Shown: positions 50,042 to 59,908 of the stretch, piece by piece
Layout: each line of letters starts with the position of its first letter
Numbering within the stretch: position 1 is the first letter of the stretch
IMG/VR virus record: IMGVR_UViG_2885526491_000007
Coordinates: 32,001 to 96,000 of that record
Direction: 5' to 3' (one strand)
Source: a virus
Taxonomy: Duplodnaviria > Caudoviricetes
Length of the DNA stretch: 64,000 bases
Position numbers and translations under genes: made by a program
Notes under the pieces: model-generated
What the model was told of the DNA's origin: nothing
Seen by the model: only the letters and a program-made list of their open reading frames with translations
Databases searched by the model: none

Positions 50042-51022
50042 TTATTTAGTCTTCATCAAAATTGGTTCCAAATAATTGTTTGAAAGTTCCTCCAGCATAC
50101 CCAAGGCATTTTCTTGAGATGAAAACCCTTGTCCAGCAGAAGGAAATGGTATTAAGAAAATATACAAGGTCTTGTTATCTAATGGTACTTCTGCTTTAAA
50201 CGCTTTTTGTAACTGTCCCTTGCTGTTTCTCATATCACATGTAAAAGGTATTGTTGAAAAAATATCTTTTCCAAACATTACTTCAAGAGCATCCTTTTTA
50301 AAGCCACCCGCTCCACCAATCCCAAGAAGAATTTGTGCTTTCGATTTTATTAAAGCATTTTTTATTATACTTGCTCTAAAATTCATATCTTCTTTGAAGT
50401 CACTAAAACTTGAAGTGGTATACTTTTTGGGATTGAATCTGCCTTTAGGTTTATTGAAAACTGCTAAATAGGGATTATCTTGATTTGGCTTGTCTTCAGG
50501 TGATGCTGCAACGGCTCCATATTCAATCGGCCAGATTCTCTCTGTTAGCCTAGGGAGTGGCCTCCAGTCAATTAAAGCAGTTTGAATTCCCTCAGCTCTT
50601 GGCTTATAAAGTCTTCTACCAATGTACTCTTTGATTGCTTCATATGCCAGTACATTAGTAGCACCTTGAAACCAATTGTTGCTTGAGCTTCGTTCATGGG
50701 CTAGACAAAGCCTTGCAATGGCAGCATTAAATACACCAGCAGTAAAATCTTTCGTCCGTTTATTCTCATGAGTTGCAAGAAGTTGATCTGAATCTGGATA
50801 AAAAAATCCCTCTCGCCAATTGCTAGCCTCAATACTGTAATTGCTAACATCCCCACCAGCTAAAATTAACTGCGTTCTGGCTTTTACATTCTCTGTTACA
50901 CTATACCCGCCTGTCCCCTCTTCATTGCCGAAAACTAAAATATCAGCATTAGGAATATCGCCACAGCCTATGTATGAGAGAAGTATTTTATATTCTTCTT
51001 TGCTTAGCCTCCAGTTTTCCAC
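50042..51022 (-). CDS. hypothetical protein, possible UDG-superfamily glycosylase
   Basis: YIGCG...ADILVFGNEEG, ILLGIG, IPFPS. Confidence 0.55.
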   Translation of the reverse strand: MENWRLSKEEYKILLSYIGCGDIPNADILVFGNEEGTGGYSVTENVKARTQLILAGGDVSNYSIEASNWREGFFYPDSDQLLATHENKRTKDFTAGVFNAAIARLCLAHERSSSNNWFQGATNVLAYEAIKEYIGRRLYKPRAEGIQTALIDWRPLPRLTERIWPIEYGAVAASPEDKPNQDNPYLAVFNKPKGRFNPKKYTTSSFSDFKEDMNFRASIIKNALIKSKAQILLGIGGAGGFKKDALEVMFGKDIFSTIPFTCDMRNSKGQLQKAFKAEVPLDNKTLYIFLIPFPSAGQGFSSQENALGMLEELSNNYLEPILMKTK

Positions 51023-51565
51023 AACACAATTCCTCTCCTTCTAAGTTTTAATCAAACTTGCATTTCATTATGTTTTTAGTCTATCTTCTCCAGTTCACCG
51101 CATTCAATTGCATCCTCAAGAGCTTCAGCAAAGTCTTTTCCTCCGTATTCGGCATTAGAGAGCATCCCAAAAACATCACTATCATTCGGTTCATAACCCT
51201 TTGATCTCAACCACTCCATTATCTTTGCTTCTGCTGCTCTTGCAGAAAGTAAGTGACTATATACAGAATCAGCCAAAACAATTATTTTCTTAGGCACTTT
51301 AACGCTCATAATTAGTCAGCTCCTTTTTTCTAAATGAAACATGCCTTTTACTTAATCACAAAATTCAAATCTAAACATAAAAAATTCGTCATGTTCATAC
51401 CGCTTGTATTTATTGTTTTTAGTTGCAATCACATGCTGATCATTGAGATCATCTACAATCTCAATACCGTACTCCTTAACTTGGAAATCGTATTTCTTCC
51501 CCAGTGTAAACTCCTCATCACGTCTATCATGAACATATTTAACTTTCATCGTATTACTCCTCTCG

Positions 51566-51928
51566 TTACTCCCCAGAATACTTATTCACCGTTATTGGAT
51601 AATGATATATCTCAATATCCTCATCAATAAACTCTCTGCGTTGAGCTGCTAACAGAGTCTCGTACATGTTCTGTCGTCCTACAGGATTATCAGTATGTAT
51701 GTAGATCTTATCGGCCCTCAATCCATGCTCACATAAGTACTTCACCAATTCATATCCATTGGGTAGCTCTTTACCATCTACATCCTCACCTAGATCGTGG
51801 TCTAATGTAAGAATAGCCACCTCTTTGGTCTCAAGTATATGTATTGCTTCATAGTATGTACGAGCGACCACAAAGCCATCTGGACAGTCTCTGAGGTCGT
51901 CTACGTATAGGTTAATCTTATCTGTCAT
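51566..51928 (-). CDS. cyclic-phosphate-processing receiver-like domain protein
   Basis: LYVDDLR..P.GF..AR...EA...LDHDLG...GY...IHT.NP.GR. Confidence 0.85.
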   Translation of the reverse strand: MTDKINLYVDDLRDCPDGFVVARTYYEAIHILETKEVAILTLDHDLGEDVDGKELPNGYELVKYLCEHGLRADKIYIHTDNPVGRQNMYETLLAAQRREFIDEDIEIYHYPITVNKYSGE

Positions 51929-52235
51929 GGTCGCACCACCTTTAATGGGGATTTATTGCTTAGTTTGCTTTCTTAGTTCTAGGAGCTCTTTCAGGTACGG
52001 TAGAGCCCATGCAGTTGGAGTATATGAAGTTCCGTATGTAAATTCGCCAATTGATGGCATTGCGTATTCATGTTCTAATAAGTACTCATCTGGAAAATCG
52101 TAACGCTCACTATTTCTATCCATTTCCTTGATGAGATCTTCAAGCGTCTCTGGTTGATCACTCATTTATCATTGCTCCTTTATATTTCATTCTGTAAAAC
52201 ACATCTTTCATTGATTCTTGCTGGATATAGAAATG

Positions 52236-52544
52236 CTAATAATTTGTGTATGCGGCTTCTACAAGAATCGCAACAAGTTGATATAGACGATAATCATTAA
52301 ACTCACTTTCGTTATCATAAATAGCGGCGATTTTGTCTGATAATTCGTCGATATTTAGTTCCTTATCGCTTGTTATCGTGATGGATTTCTCCAGATTCTC
52401 ATCTTCTCCTGTATATACTTGATAAAATACTTTATAGATGTATTTGGCACTTTTAGTGTATCTGCTTTTTAACTCATTAGGTAATTCTTTATGCATTATC
52501 TTTGAATTATTCTCCTGAGACTTATAGTACACAGCGTACTCCAT
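52236..52544 (-). CDS. hypothetical protein
   Basis: GAGGT RBS. Confidence 0.6.
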   Translation of the reverse strand: MEYAVYYKSQENNSKIMHKELPNELKSRYTKSAKYIYKVFYQVYTGEDENLEKSITITSDKELNIDELSDKIAAIYDNESEFNDYRLYQLVAILVEAAYTNY

Positions 52545-52581
52545 TCATTTACCTCACTCTCAAGATAGTAATACAGCCATT

Positions 52582-53310
52582 TTATATAACCTTAATGTAT
52601 TCCATTATGACTGGGATAAGTTTATCAGACTCTTCAGGCGTGTATTCTTTTGATCGGCAGAGCACAACAAAATCAAATTCAACGGTATTTTGATAATCGT
52701 CCATATCAATAGTATTAAATGGTATATTTAGACGATTCTTATCTGATTTAATTTTGTTCTCAGTAAAATTAGAGTAACTTGATATCTCACTAGGATTATA
52801 TGCAGCTAAATGCAAAAGTCCTGATTCTGGATTAAAATCTCTAAAATAGATGTCACTTAACCCGTCGTTATCATCCCAATCATAATGAGTAACATAAGTT
52901 AAATGGTTTATCCACCCACATGCAAGAGCGAAAACAAGATAATTGCTAAAATGTAGTTTCGATTTATCCATCTTACCCACTCTATTCCCGACACTTTCAT
53001 GCATTAATTCCCCTAGAATGTAAGTATAGCTCATTGTATAAAGATCTGAATGCATATCGGCATGTACAACCTCGAATGGGACAGTCAATCGCTGAGCTTC
53101 CACTAATTCTTCCCAGTATAAGAACGCCTCATGATGTTGTTGAACCAATACGCCCTCAATTGGTTTTTCTTTCGACAGTCCGCATCTTTTCTCCAAGAAT
53201 TGTCTAACTCTCTCTTCCTCAAAAGGAACATTGTTGTTATCTTCTCTATCGTGTGATAAGCCATCATACGCATATAAAAATAAATCAAGATCAATATCCA
53301 AGATTCTCAT
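52582..53310 (-). CDS. UPF0489 family protein
   Basis: ILDIDLDLF, HHEA, VVHADMHSDL, CRSKEYTP. Confidence 0.85.
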   Translation of the reverse strand: MRILDIDLDLFLYAYDGLSHDREDNNNVPFEEERVRQFLEKRCGLSKEKPIEGVLVQQHHEAFLYWEELVEAQRLTVPFEVVHADMHSDLYTMSYTYILGELMHESVGNRVGKMDKSKLHFSNYLVFALACGWINHLTYVTHYDWDDNDGLSDIYFRDFNPESGLLHLAAYNPSEISSYSNFTENKIKSDKNRLNIPFNTIDMDDYQNTVEFDFVVLCRSKEYTPEESDKLIPVIMEYIKVI

Positions 53311-54191
53311 TAGACAGACTCCTCTTAGCTGTTTTTTGGGAATGAAACAGTCATTTGATTAAAACTGACTAAATTTATCTTTCAGGTAAAAGTTTCCGAG
53401 TTTGAATTCATACATATCTCTATCGATTTCTCGTATCTTTGATTTGTGGAGCATAATAGTGTATTTTTCGTCTTCTTCAAATTCGTATACTCGTACAAAA
53501 TCATCATTCTCTTTTGCTACCTCAAAGAAAAACACCTTGTCTCCCATCCCTCTGTTTTCATCTTTAGGGAATACACATGGTAGTTTAATCATAATATCCT
53601 CCTCCTAAATTGCTTATAAAATAGTTATTTGATTATCTTCTAACATTAGTTAACCACTTTAAAATTAATTTCAGCCAAATCATGAACATTCACCAATACT
53701 GTCTCACTGTCTACAGTAACAAATTCAATGAATTCATTCACTCCAGTTCTAAAGGCTTTATTAATCGCTGCATATACAAAGTCTTTAGCATGCTCTGCCA
53801 TAATTTCAATAGTTACCTTGTCATCAAGTCCGAAGTCTGTCTGATAATTTCTTTCCGCTCCACTCTTATACAATAAAGAAATCTTGGTTTTCATCTATTT
53901 TTCCTCCGTTCTGTTAATGTTTATATTCATAATCCATCTAGAAATGTTGGAGTTGTAAGTACTAAAATAATAAGAATACCAGCAGTTAAGGCAAATGATC
54001 CAGCTTTAGAATATTCTCTATTCTTAAGGGCAACAATTGAACTCACCAATGTATAGATTCCCCCCAACAAATACCAATAATAAAACATTCTTATCCCTCC
54101 TCTGTTTGTATGAAATAAACCTTTCACAACCATATGTATAACATGTCGCCGCAATCTACAATACTATTATACGGCGACATAATAAAGATAA

Positions 54192-54527
54192 CTAGGTAAG
54201 ATTCATTATCTCTTCTTCAATTTCTTTGAATCTAGCCGTAGATACCGATGCCTCTTTACCCTCACTGAACACAAGCTTTCTGTTCATTGGATCAATTCTT
54301 TTGACTTTCTTTAGGTTTACAGCAACCCCACCATCAGAAACCTTTAATTGTCCTGTATCTGTTAGATACTTAACAAATTCTGTTTCACTAAGTATGCGGT
54401 ACTCACCATTTTCTGTTGATACTTTTTGTATTGAACCGTTATTGCCTGATCTTACAATATACTGTACTTCATCTACACTTATCATCTTTACTTCCTTAAT
54501 TTCTATATCCATTACAGGAATATTCAT
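54192..54527 (-). CDS. second stand-alone LytTR-family protein
   Basis: IS.DEVQYI...TENGEY...VNLKKVKRID....LVF.....SVS..RFKE. Confidence 0.7.
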   Translation of the reverse strand: MNIPVMDIEIKEVKMISVDEVQYIVRSGNNGSIQKVSTENGEYRILSETEFVKYLTDTGQLKVSDGGVAVNLKKVKRIDPMNRKLVFSEGKEASVSTARFKEIEEEIMNLT

Positions 54528-55031
54528 TATGTTTTCACCTCACATAGAGATATAGTTTTTCTCATTTACAATACTAAGTTACTGTTTCGAGTACGCTGTT
54601 TCCTTATATATGAATTATATCATCATATTATTACTTTTACAATATATATTTTCATTCTTAAAAGAGGCGATTGTTAGTCACCTCTTTAGTTGCTCACTTA
54701 TATCTATGTATTTGTGCTGCTTCTTTAAGGGTAATCCATTTTCCGCTCCGATTCATAACCCATAGTGTCCCATCTGCAAAGCGTCTCCCATGCTTAAACA
54801 TTGTAATAGTGCTCTTTTCCTGTTTCTTGTACAACTACGTTGATGTGTTGTCTTAATTGACTTGTGAGAGCATAAACACGATCCATGAGCACATAAGCCA
54901 TAGTATCTTTGCAACGTCCCTCTTCTTTAATAGAATCTACAACTTCTCCATTTGCTATCAGGTTATAAGTATTCATTAATAATTTCCTCTTTTCGTATTT
55001 TTATTGTTTAAATGATTATAAAAGACTTATT

Positions 55032-55415
55032 TTACTCAAACATCCTGCATTCAGCTCGTCCAATTTCCCACCCCAACTGACAGCAGTTTGAAGCGGCTCT
55101 ATCTCTATTTGTAGTATCGTGTGGGATAAAGTGTCCAATCTTTTTACAAGCCTGTCCTTCTCTAATACATGTGTTGTAACAGCCTCTTTCCCAAACAATC
55201 ACGAAATGATCCTTCAGCTCTGTGTAATCCATATTAACTTTTTCATGATTTAGATAGAAGAAATAGATATTTTCACTTACATCAACATGGACTATGTCGT
55301 TGACTTCAACTTTATACTCTTTCTTCATTTGTTCAGCCAGTTCCTTATGCATACCCCTTATTGGGGGCATTACTCTCGAAATTTCCTTAATGCATCTTGC
55401 AACCACTTCAGACAC
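55032..55415 (-). CDS. hypothetical protein
   Basis: AAGGAG RBS, GTG start. Confidence 0.6.
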   Translation of the reverse strand: MSEVVARCIKEISRVMPPIRGMHKELAEQMKKEYKVEVNDIVHVDVSENIYFFYLNHEKVNMDYTELKDHFVIVWERGCYNTCIREGQACKKIGHFIPHDTTNRDRAASNCCQLGWEIGRAECRMFE

Positions 55416-55445
55416 TATGTGACCACTCCTTTTAAAATACTTCTT

Positions 55446-55754
55446 TTATTCCAGTCTTGCACCTTTTGATAGCTTTTCTTTAACGATATTTATTTTATCA
55501 CTTATAAAAGTATCAAGTGCCTCTATTGCTTGCAAGAATCCCCCATCGTTTAAGAATTCCTCTTCAAACAATGCTACACCCCATCTATCGAATGTCTCTG
55601 GGAATTCAGCTCTCATACAGTATTGAAAGTCTGTCCTGTGATGTGGTTCGATAAGTTGGATATGCAACTCATCACCCTCCAGAACAGTCACACCATATCT
55701 AGACCAACTTAGAATCAGATTGTATTTTGATGACAATAATTTAATATAGTCCAT
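55446..55754 (-). CDS. hypothetical protein
   Basis: ORF with RBS. Confidence 0.65.
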   Translation of the reverse strand: MDYIKLLSSKYNLILSWSRYGVTVLEGDELHIQLIEPHHRTDFQYCMRAEFPETFDRWGVALFEEEFLNDGGFLQAIEALDTFISDKINIVKEKLSKGARLE

Positions 55755-55763
55755 CGCTTCCCC

Positions 55764-56153
55764 TTATCTGAAACGGATTTCGTCACAATTGATCTTTTGT
55801 GCTTCATTATAATCCTGAACTGTTACCGCATCTAATTTTGAAACCCATGTAACGTAACCACTTGGTTGAATGCATGTATATGAATGAATGTTCTCACTAA
55901 TCACAGGCAATTTAAATTCACCAAAGTATTTGGGATATGTAACATTTTTATCAATTAAGAAATCAAAGTGATATTTCTCAATCCAATCATACTTACTAAT
56001 TGATGGAATAAAAACAAACCATTTCTGTTTATCAATAGATTGGGACTGTACGTGCAATACATCATTTTCATTAATAGTGTACTTCTCACCATCAACTTCA
56101 CAGCTTACAGACATAGTGCAAAGAATACGACAATTATATTCCAATGTAATCAA
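55764..56153 (-). CDS. hypothetical protein
   Basis: ORF in array. Confidence 0.6.
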   Translation of the reverse strand: MITLEYNCRILCTMSVSCEVDGEKYTINENDVLHVQSQSIDKQKWFVFIPSISKYDWIEKYHFDFLIDKNVTYPKYFGEFKLPVISENIHSYTCIQPSGYVTWVSKLDAVTVQDYNEAQKINCDEIRFR

Positions 56154-56689
56154 CCCCTCATTAGTCTTTGTGAAAGAATCCTTTTACATACACTTTGCAA
56201 ATTCCATCACTTCTTTTAGTCTATGAGTGGAGGAAGGGTAATTACTCTGTAATAATCCAATGTTCTCTTTTAGTTCAGAAAGCATGTTTACTTTAAAGGT
56301 AATGTTACTGTCACCCATGTACTTGCATCCAATTAAAGCTATAATATTCGATTTTATATCACTTAATATAGAAAAATCTGTGCTGATAAAATTATCAACT
56401 TCACACTCATAAAATCTCAAGGTGTGCTCCACTTTCATCCAATTCATATCTTGCTTCATTATAAATTCTCCTTTTTCGTTTTAATGAAATAATCTTTTCA
56501 TATACTTTAAATTTGATTCTCATAATCTACTATACGATGATAAACATCCTCCATACACTCTTTTTCTGTTGGGTTAAAATTAGGTGAATTAACTATGGTA
56601 TCAAGTAAACTCTGCCTAACCATCTCTCGCTCTGAGTCAGATAAGACTAGTTCCATTCCACCCTCACTCCTTATAAAATATTCATTTCA

Positions 56690-57304
56690 TTATCTATGCT
56701 TATAGTTAGTTGAAAACATATCTTTTCTCAGTTTAGCCATCTTACCATTGCTTCGATTAAGGAATACTACTCCTTCTGCCTCAACATCTGGATTTAGTAG
56801 TGACTTGAGACTAAGAATCCATTCTTTCCACATATCATAATCGTCTGTTTGTGGAAAATCCTTATAAACACTTACTCCATCCTTATGAGGTTCAAACGTA
56901 TACCACATATTTCGATCTAAGCCATATTTATTTCCTTGAATATTCACGCCAATAGCCTCTCCATAATATTCACCATCTTTAAATTTCTTTGATCTCTTAG
57001 AAACTCGATTAACAACAGCTTCGTTGATGTATTTATATTGAGGATCGTTAAGTTCAGTCTTCACATAACCCTTATGTTTTTGATTTCTTGCATAGATTTC
57101 AAGCTTAACTCCATCAACAATAATTTTCACATTCGTTCCATCTATCTTCTCAAGAACAATTGCCTGTGCTGGATCAAAGCACCATTCCCAACCGCTTGCT
57201 ACTTCTGTTGTACATAGACCAGTCTCCATATCACGGATAAATGGAGGAAACATTTTTTCGAATTCTAGATACTTAGTCACTAGTTCAATATTTTCACGAT
57301 TCAT
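56690..57304 (-). CDS. ATP-dependent RNA ligase-like protein
   Basis: EKIDGTN (motif I), YGEAIG, EGVVF, MAKL; bounded by palindromes 56673 and 57336. Confidence 0.85.
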   Translation of the reverse strand: MNRENIELVTKYLEFEKMFPPFIRDMETGLCTTEVASGWEWCFDPAQAIVLEKIDGTNVKIIVDGVKLEIYARNQKHKGYVKTELNDPQYKYINEAVVNRVSKRSKKFKDGEYYGEAIGVNIQGNKYGLDRNMWYTFEPHKDGVSVYKDFPQTDDYDMWKEWILSLKSLLNPDVEAEGVVFLNRSNGKMAKLRKDMFSTNYKHR

Positions 57305-57349
57305 AATTTATTTCTCCTCTAGTTAATTTATTTGGGTGAAAGGATCATT

Positions 57350-57730
57350 TTATTCAGTTCTATCGCCCACATCAACCAATGCTTTATACGCTATCTCTTT
57401 TAACTCAGCTATGTACTCAATCAGCTCTTCGTGGCTGACCTCTTCAACAGCTATTCCATGTGTATCAATTGCATTCAGTGCTTTAAGCATTATATGTTCC
57501 CTTCCCATCTCCGTCTTGTCCTTCAAGAAATCGTCTTCTTTTAAATGTACTCCGATTTCTCTAATCCATTTCTTTGCTTTCGCGATGGTTTCAAGTTGTG
57601 GAAGTTGGTGTTTAAAATTTTCAATCCCCTCAATTGACCACTCTGGTTCTACTACCCAGTCCTTCTCTGATGCATTCCAAATGATAAATCCTTTATATTT
57701 ATAATCGCCCTGCCACTTTGATTCGGCCAT
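57350..57730 (-). CDS. hypothetical protein
   Basis: Bounded by palindromes 57336 and 57747. Confidence 0.7.
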   Translation of the reverse strand: MAESKWQGDYKYKGFIIWNASEKDWVVEPEWSIEGIENFKHQLPQLETIAKAKKWIREIGVHLKEDDFLKDKTEMGREHIMLKALNAIDTHGIAVEEVSHEELIEYIAELKEIAYKALVDVGDRTE

Positions 57731-58041
57731 TAAAGATCAACTCCTTATGAAATTATAGTTTCATTTAAACTGCCACAGTGATAGGTGGAGCGATTACTAT
57801 GATATTCTCATCCTCTTCACAAAGGGATTTGAAAAGTTGCTGCTGTTCTTCTGTAGGAAATCCATATGTATTGTATTCAATTTTATCAAGTATCTTTTCA
57901 ATTACAAGAACCTTGTACACGACAATCACCTCATCTATTTGATAACCTTATACTATCACATATTTTAATTAATGTATACATATATTTATTCTTAAATGAT
58001 GAAAAAGAGATGCTTTAATGCATCCCCTGTTATCTCACAAC

Positions 58042-58293
58042 CTAAAACTGATATTTGTCTTTTATACTTAGATAGAAAAATACTCCCGCTGCTACTAAAA
58101 ACAATACCACAACTCCACCGTTAACAAAGTAATCGTACGCTGTTGTATAAAGCCAGTTGTTTAAGCTGTTATCGATAGGTGTACCCATATAATCTGTTTG
58201 CTTTGGACTGTTACTATATGCTATGTACAAGATCCATGACATAATAGGATATACTAAACACAAAACTCCGAAGACTGGATAAAACTTTCTCAT
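58042..58293 (-). CDS. 2-TM membrane protein
   Basis: GGGGTGA RBS; two hydrophobic segments. Confidence 0.65.
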   Translation of the reverse strand: MRKFYPVFGVLCLVYPIMSWILYIAYSNSPKQTDYMGTPIDNSLNNWLYTTAYDYFVNGGVVVLFLVAAGVFFYLSIKDKYQF

Positions 58294-58412
58294 ATAATCA
58301 CCCCCATTCACTACATATTGATTACACAGTTTGATTGTAACACAATATACAGTGTTTCTCAAAATAAAGACACAGCCAATGAATAACTGTGTCTAATATA
58401 CAAACTTGATTA

Positions 58413-58700
58413 CTAATTAGTGTTTTTGCTCATGAATTCAATATAGTGCTTTTTACATCTGTTTCTCATAAACGATCTTGCCCTACAACTTTTGACACTG
58501 CAAATACTGTAGCCATACTGCATTAAATCCATTTTAGTCTTGTGTGTTGCTTTTTTGGTTGAGTTTCTAATTATTCTTGCAGTGTCAATCAGATACTCCC
58601 TACATGGATAGCACAGTCCCATAGGAGCATTTTCGTTTCTGCAATTCTCACAACCATCTCTCAAACATTTGACAAGAGGTTTACTCATTGCATTCACCAT
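58413..58700 (-). CDS. Cys-rich Zn-finger protein
   Basis: C..DGC...LC..C; CSVKSC...CKKHY. Confidence 0.6.
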   Translation of the reverse strand: MVNAMSKPLVKCLRDGCENCRNENAPMGLCYPCREYLIDTARIIRNSTKKATHKTKMDLMQYGYSICSVKSCRARSFMRNRCKKHYIEFMSKNTN

Positions 58701-58816
58701 CCAGTATGTTCTAAGTTGTCTGTATACATATATTCTAACACTGGAGATTCATATGGGTAAAATTAATCTTTCATAAAAAGAAGACACAGCTCAATGTGAA
58801 CCGTGCCTATATCCTA

Positions 58817-59734
58817 CTATTTAATTCTCTCAACTTGTACTTTGTCCGTCATTCCATCAACTTTCATATAGTACCTAGATCCGTCCCTGTAGATAATAAC
58901 ATCAGGTCTGTACGAATATCTGTAGGAATATTTATAATCAACCTGTTTCCAGATCTGTCCATTGGCAAGTTCATATAAATTCCCCTCTTCGTAACCTTCG
59001 AAATCATCGTCTATTTTAGTTTCTATAGTGTCCGATGTAACTGGAACAGTAGGAACAAGAGGCGTATTGTTGCTTGATGTGAAGGGAGTAGCGTTTAGAG
59101 CAGTATATGGGACTTTCACATCTATGAACCCCTCCGAAAATGGGGCAACCTCGTAGGGACTAAATCGAACAACAATACCACCATCATAGAAGAAAAATGT
59201 GGAATCGGGGCCAATTGGATAGTTGTCTATACTTTCATCATATATTTCTATACCTGCACGCTTTTGTATACTTAAACCTGCACTTATCGAAACAACTAAG
59301 TTACTTATTTGGGCTGTACTTTTTGCTACATCCCCCAAAGTAATAACATTGCCATTACTTAAATTGAAGTTGTATGTAAATGTTGAATATATTTCATGAA
59401 CGCCGCCCATAAAGGCGCTATCAGTATAGACTATAGATAGTCTCTCATTTTTATTGAATTTAGTACTTGGAGATGTTTTATAAAAATTTTGTTTTGATTG
59501 TTTTTTTAATTCTGTGTCTAATTGAACTGCCGTTAATGCGTGAGTTTTTAGTATTTTATTGATCTTATCTGTTGCTTTTTTGTTACCACCCGTAAGTTGG
59601 ATATACTTTTGTCCTTTATAGTTTAGTACTTTTGTTTTAACACTGGCAGTAGAAGCTGCGTCGACGTAGTGGGATGGAAAAAACATGATAATAGACAAAA
59701 TAATGATAAAGCATCGTTTAAGATTAAATTTCAT
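58817..59734 (-). CDS. secreted DUF4163/DUF3298 (PdaC/RsiV-like) protein
   Basis: Signal peptide; FMGGVH...YNFNL..G..ITL.D; F.PYEVAPFSEG. Confidence 0.85.
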   Translation of the reverse strand: MKFNLKRCFIIILSIIMFFPSHYVDAASTASVKTKVLNYKGQKYIQLTGGNKKATDKINKILKTHALTAVQLDTELKKQSKQNFYKTSPSTKFNKNERLSIVYTDSAFMGGVHEIYSTFTYNFNLSNGNVITLGDVAKSTAQISNLVVSISAGLSIQKRAGIEIYDESIDNYPIGPDSTFFFYDGGIVVRFSPYEVAPFSEGFIDVKVPYTALNATPFTSSNNTPLVPTVPVTSDTIETKIDDDFEGYEEGNLYELANGQIWKQVDYKYSYRYSYRPDVIIYRDGSRYYMKVDGMTDKVQVERIK

Positions 59735-59867
59735 TCTTTCACCTCTACAAATCCACATCGGTTGTGGGCATGACTCATTAAGTAGGTCTAAAGAATTATA
59801 TGCTGATTTCCCAAATTTAACAATATGAATTTATATGTCAGTATAAAATCAGACTTTTATATGATTT

Positions 59868-59901
59868 TAGCGACCAACTCAGTAATCAAAATTGGTCGCT
59901 A
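59868..59901 (-). terminator. terminator after dinG
   Basis: TAGCGACCAA...TTGGTCGCTA. Confidence 0.7.
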
Positions 59902-59908
59902 TATATAA

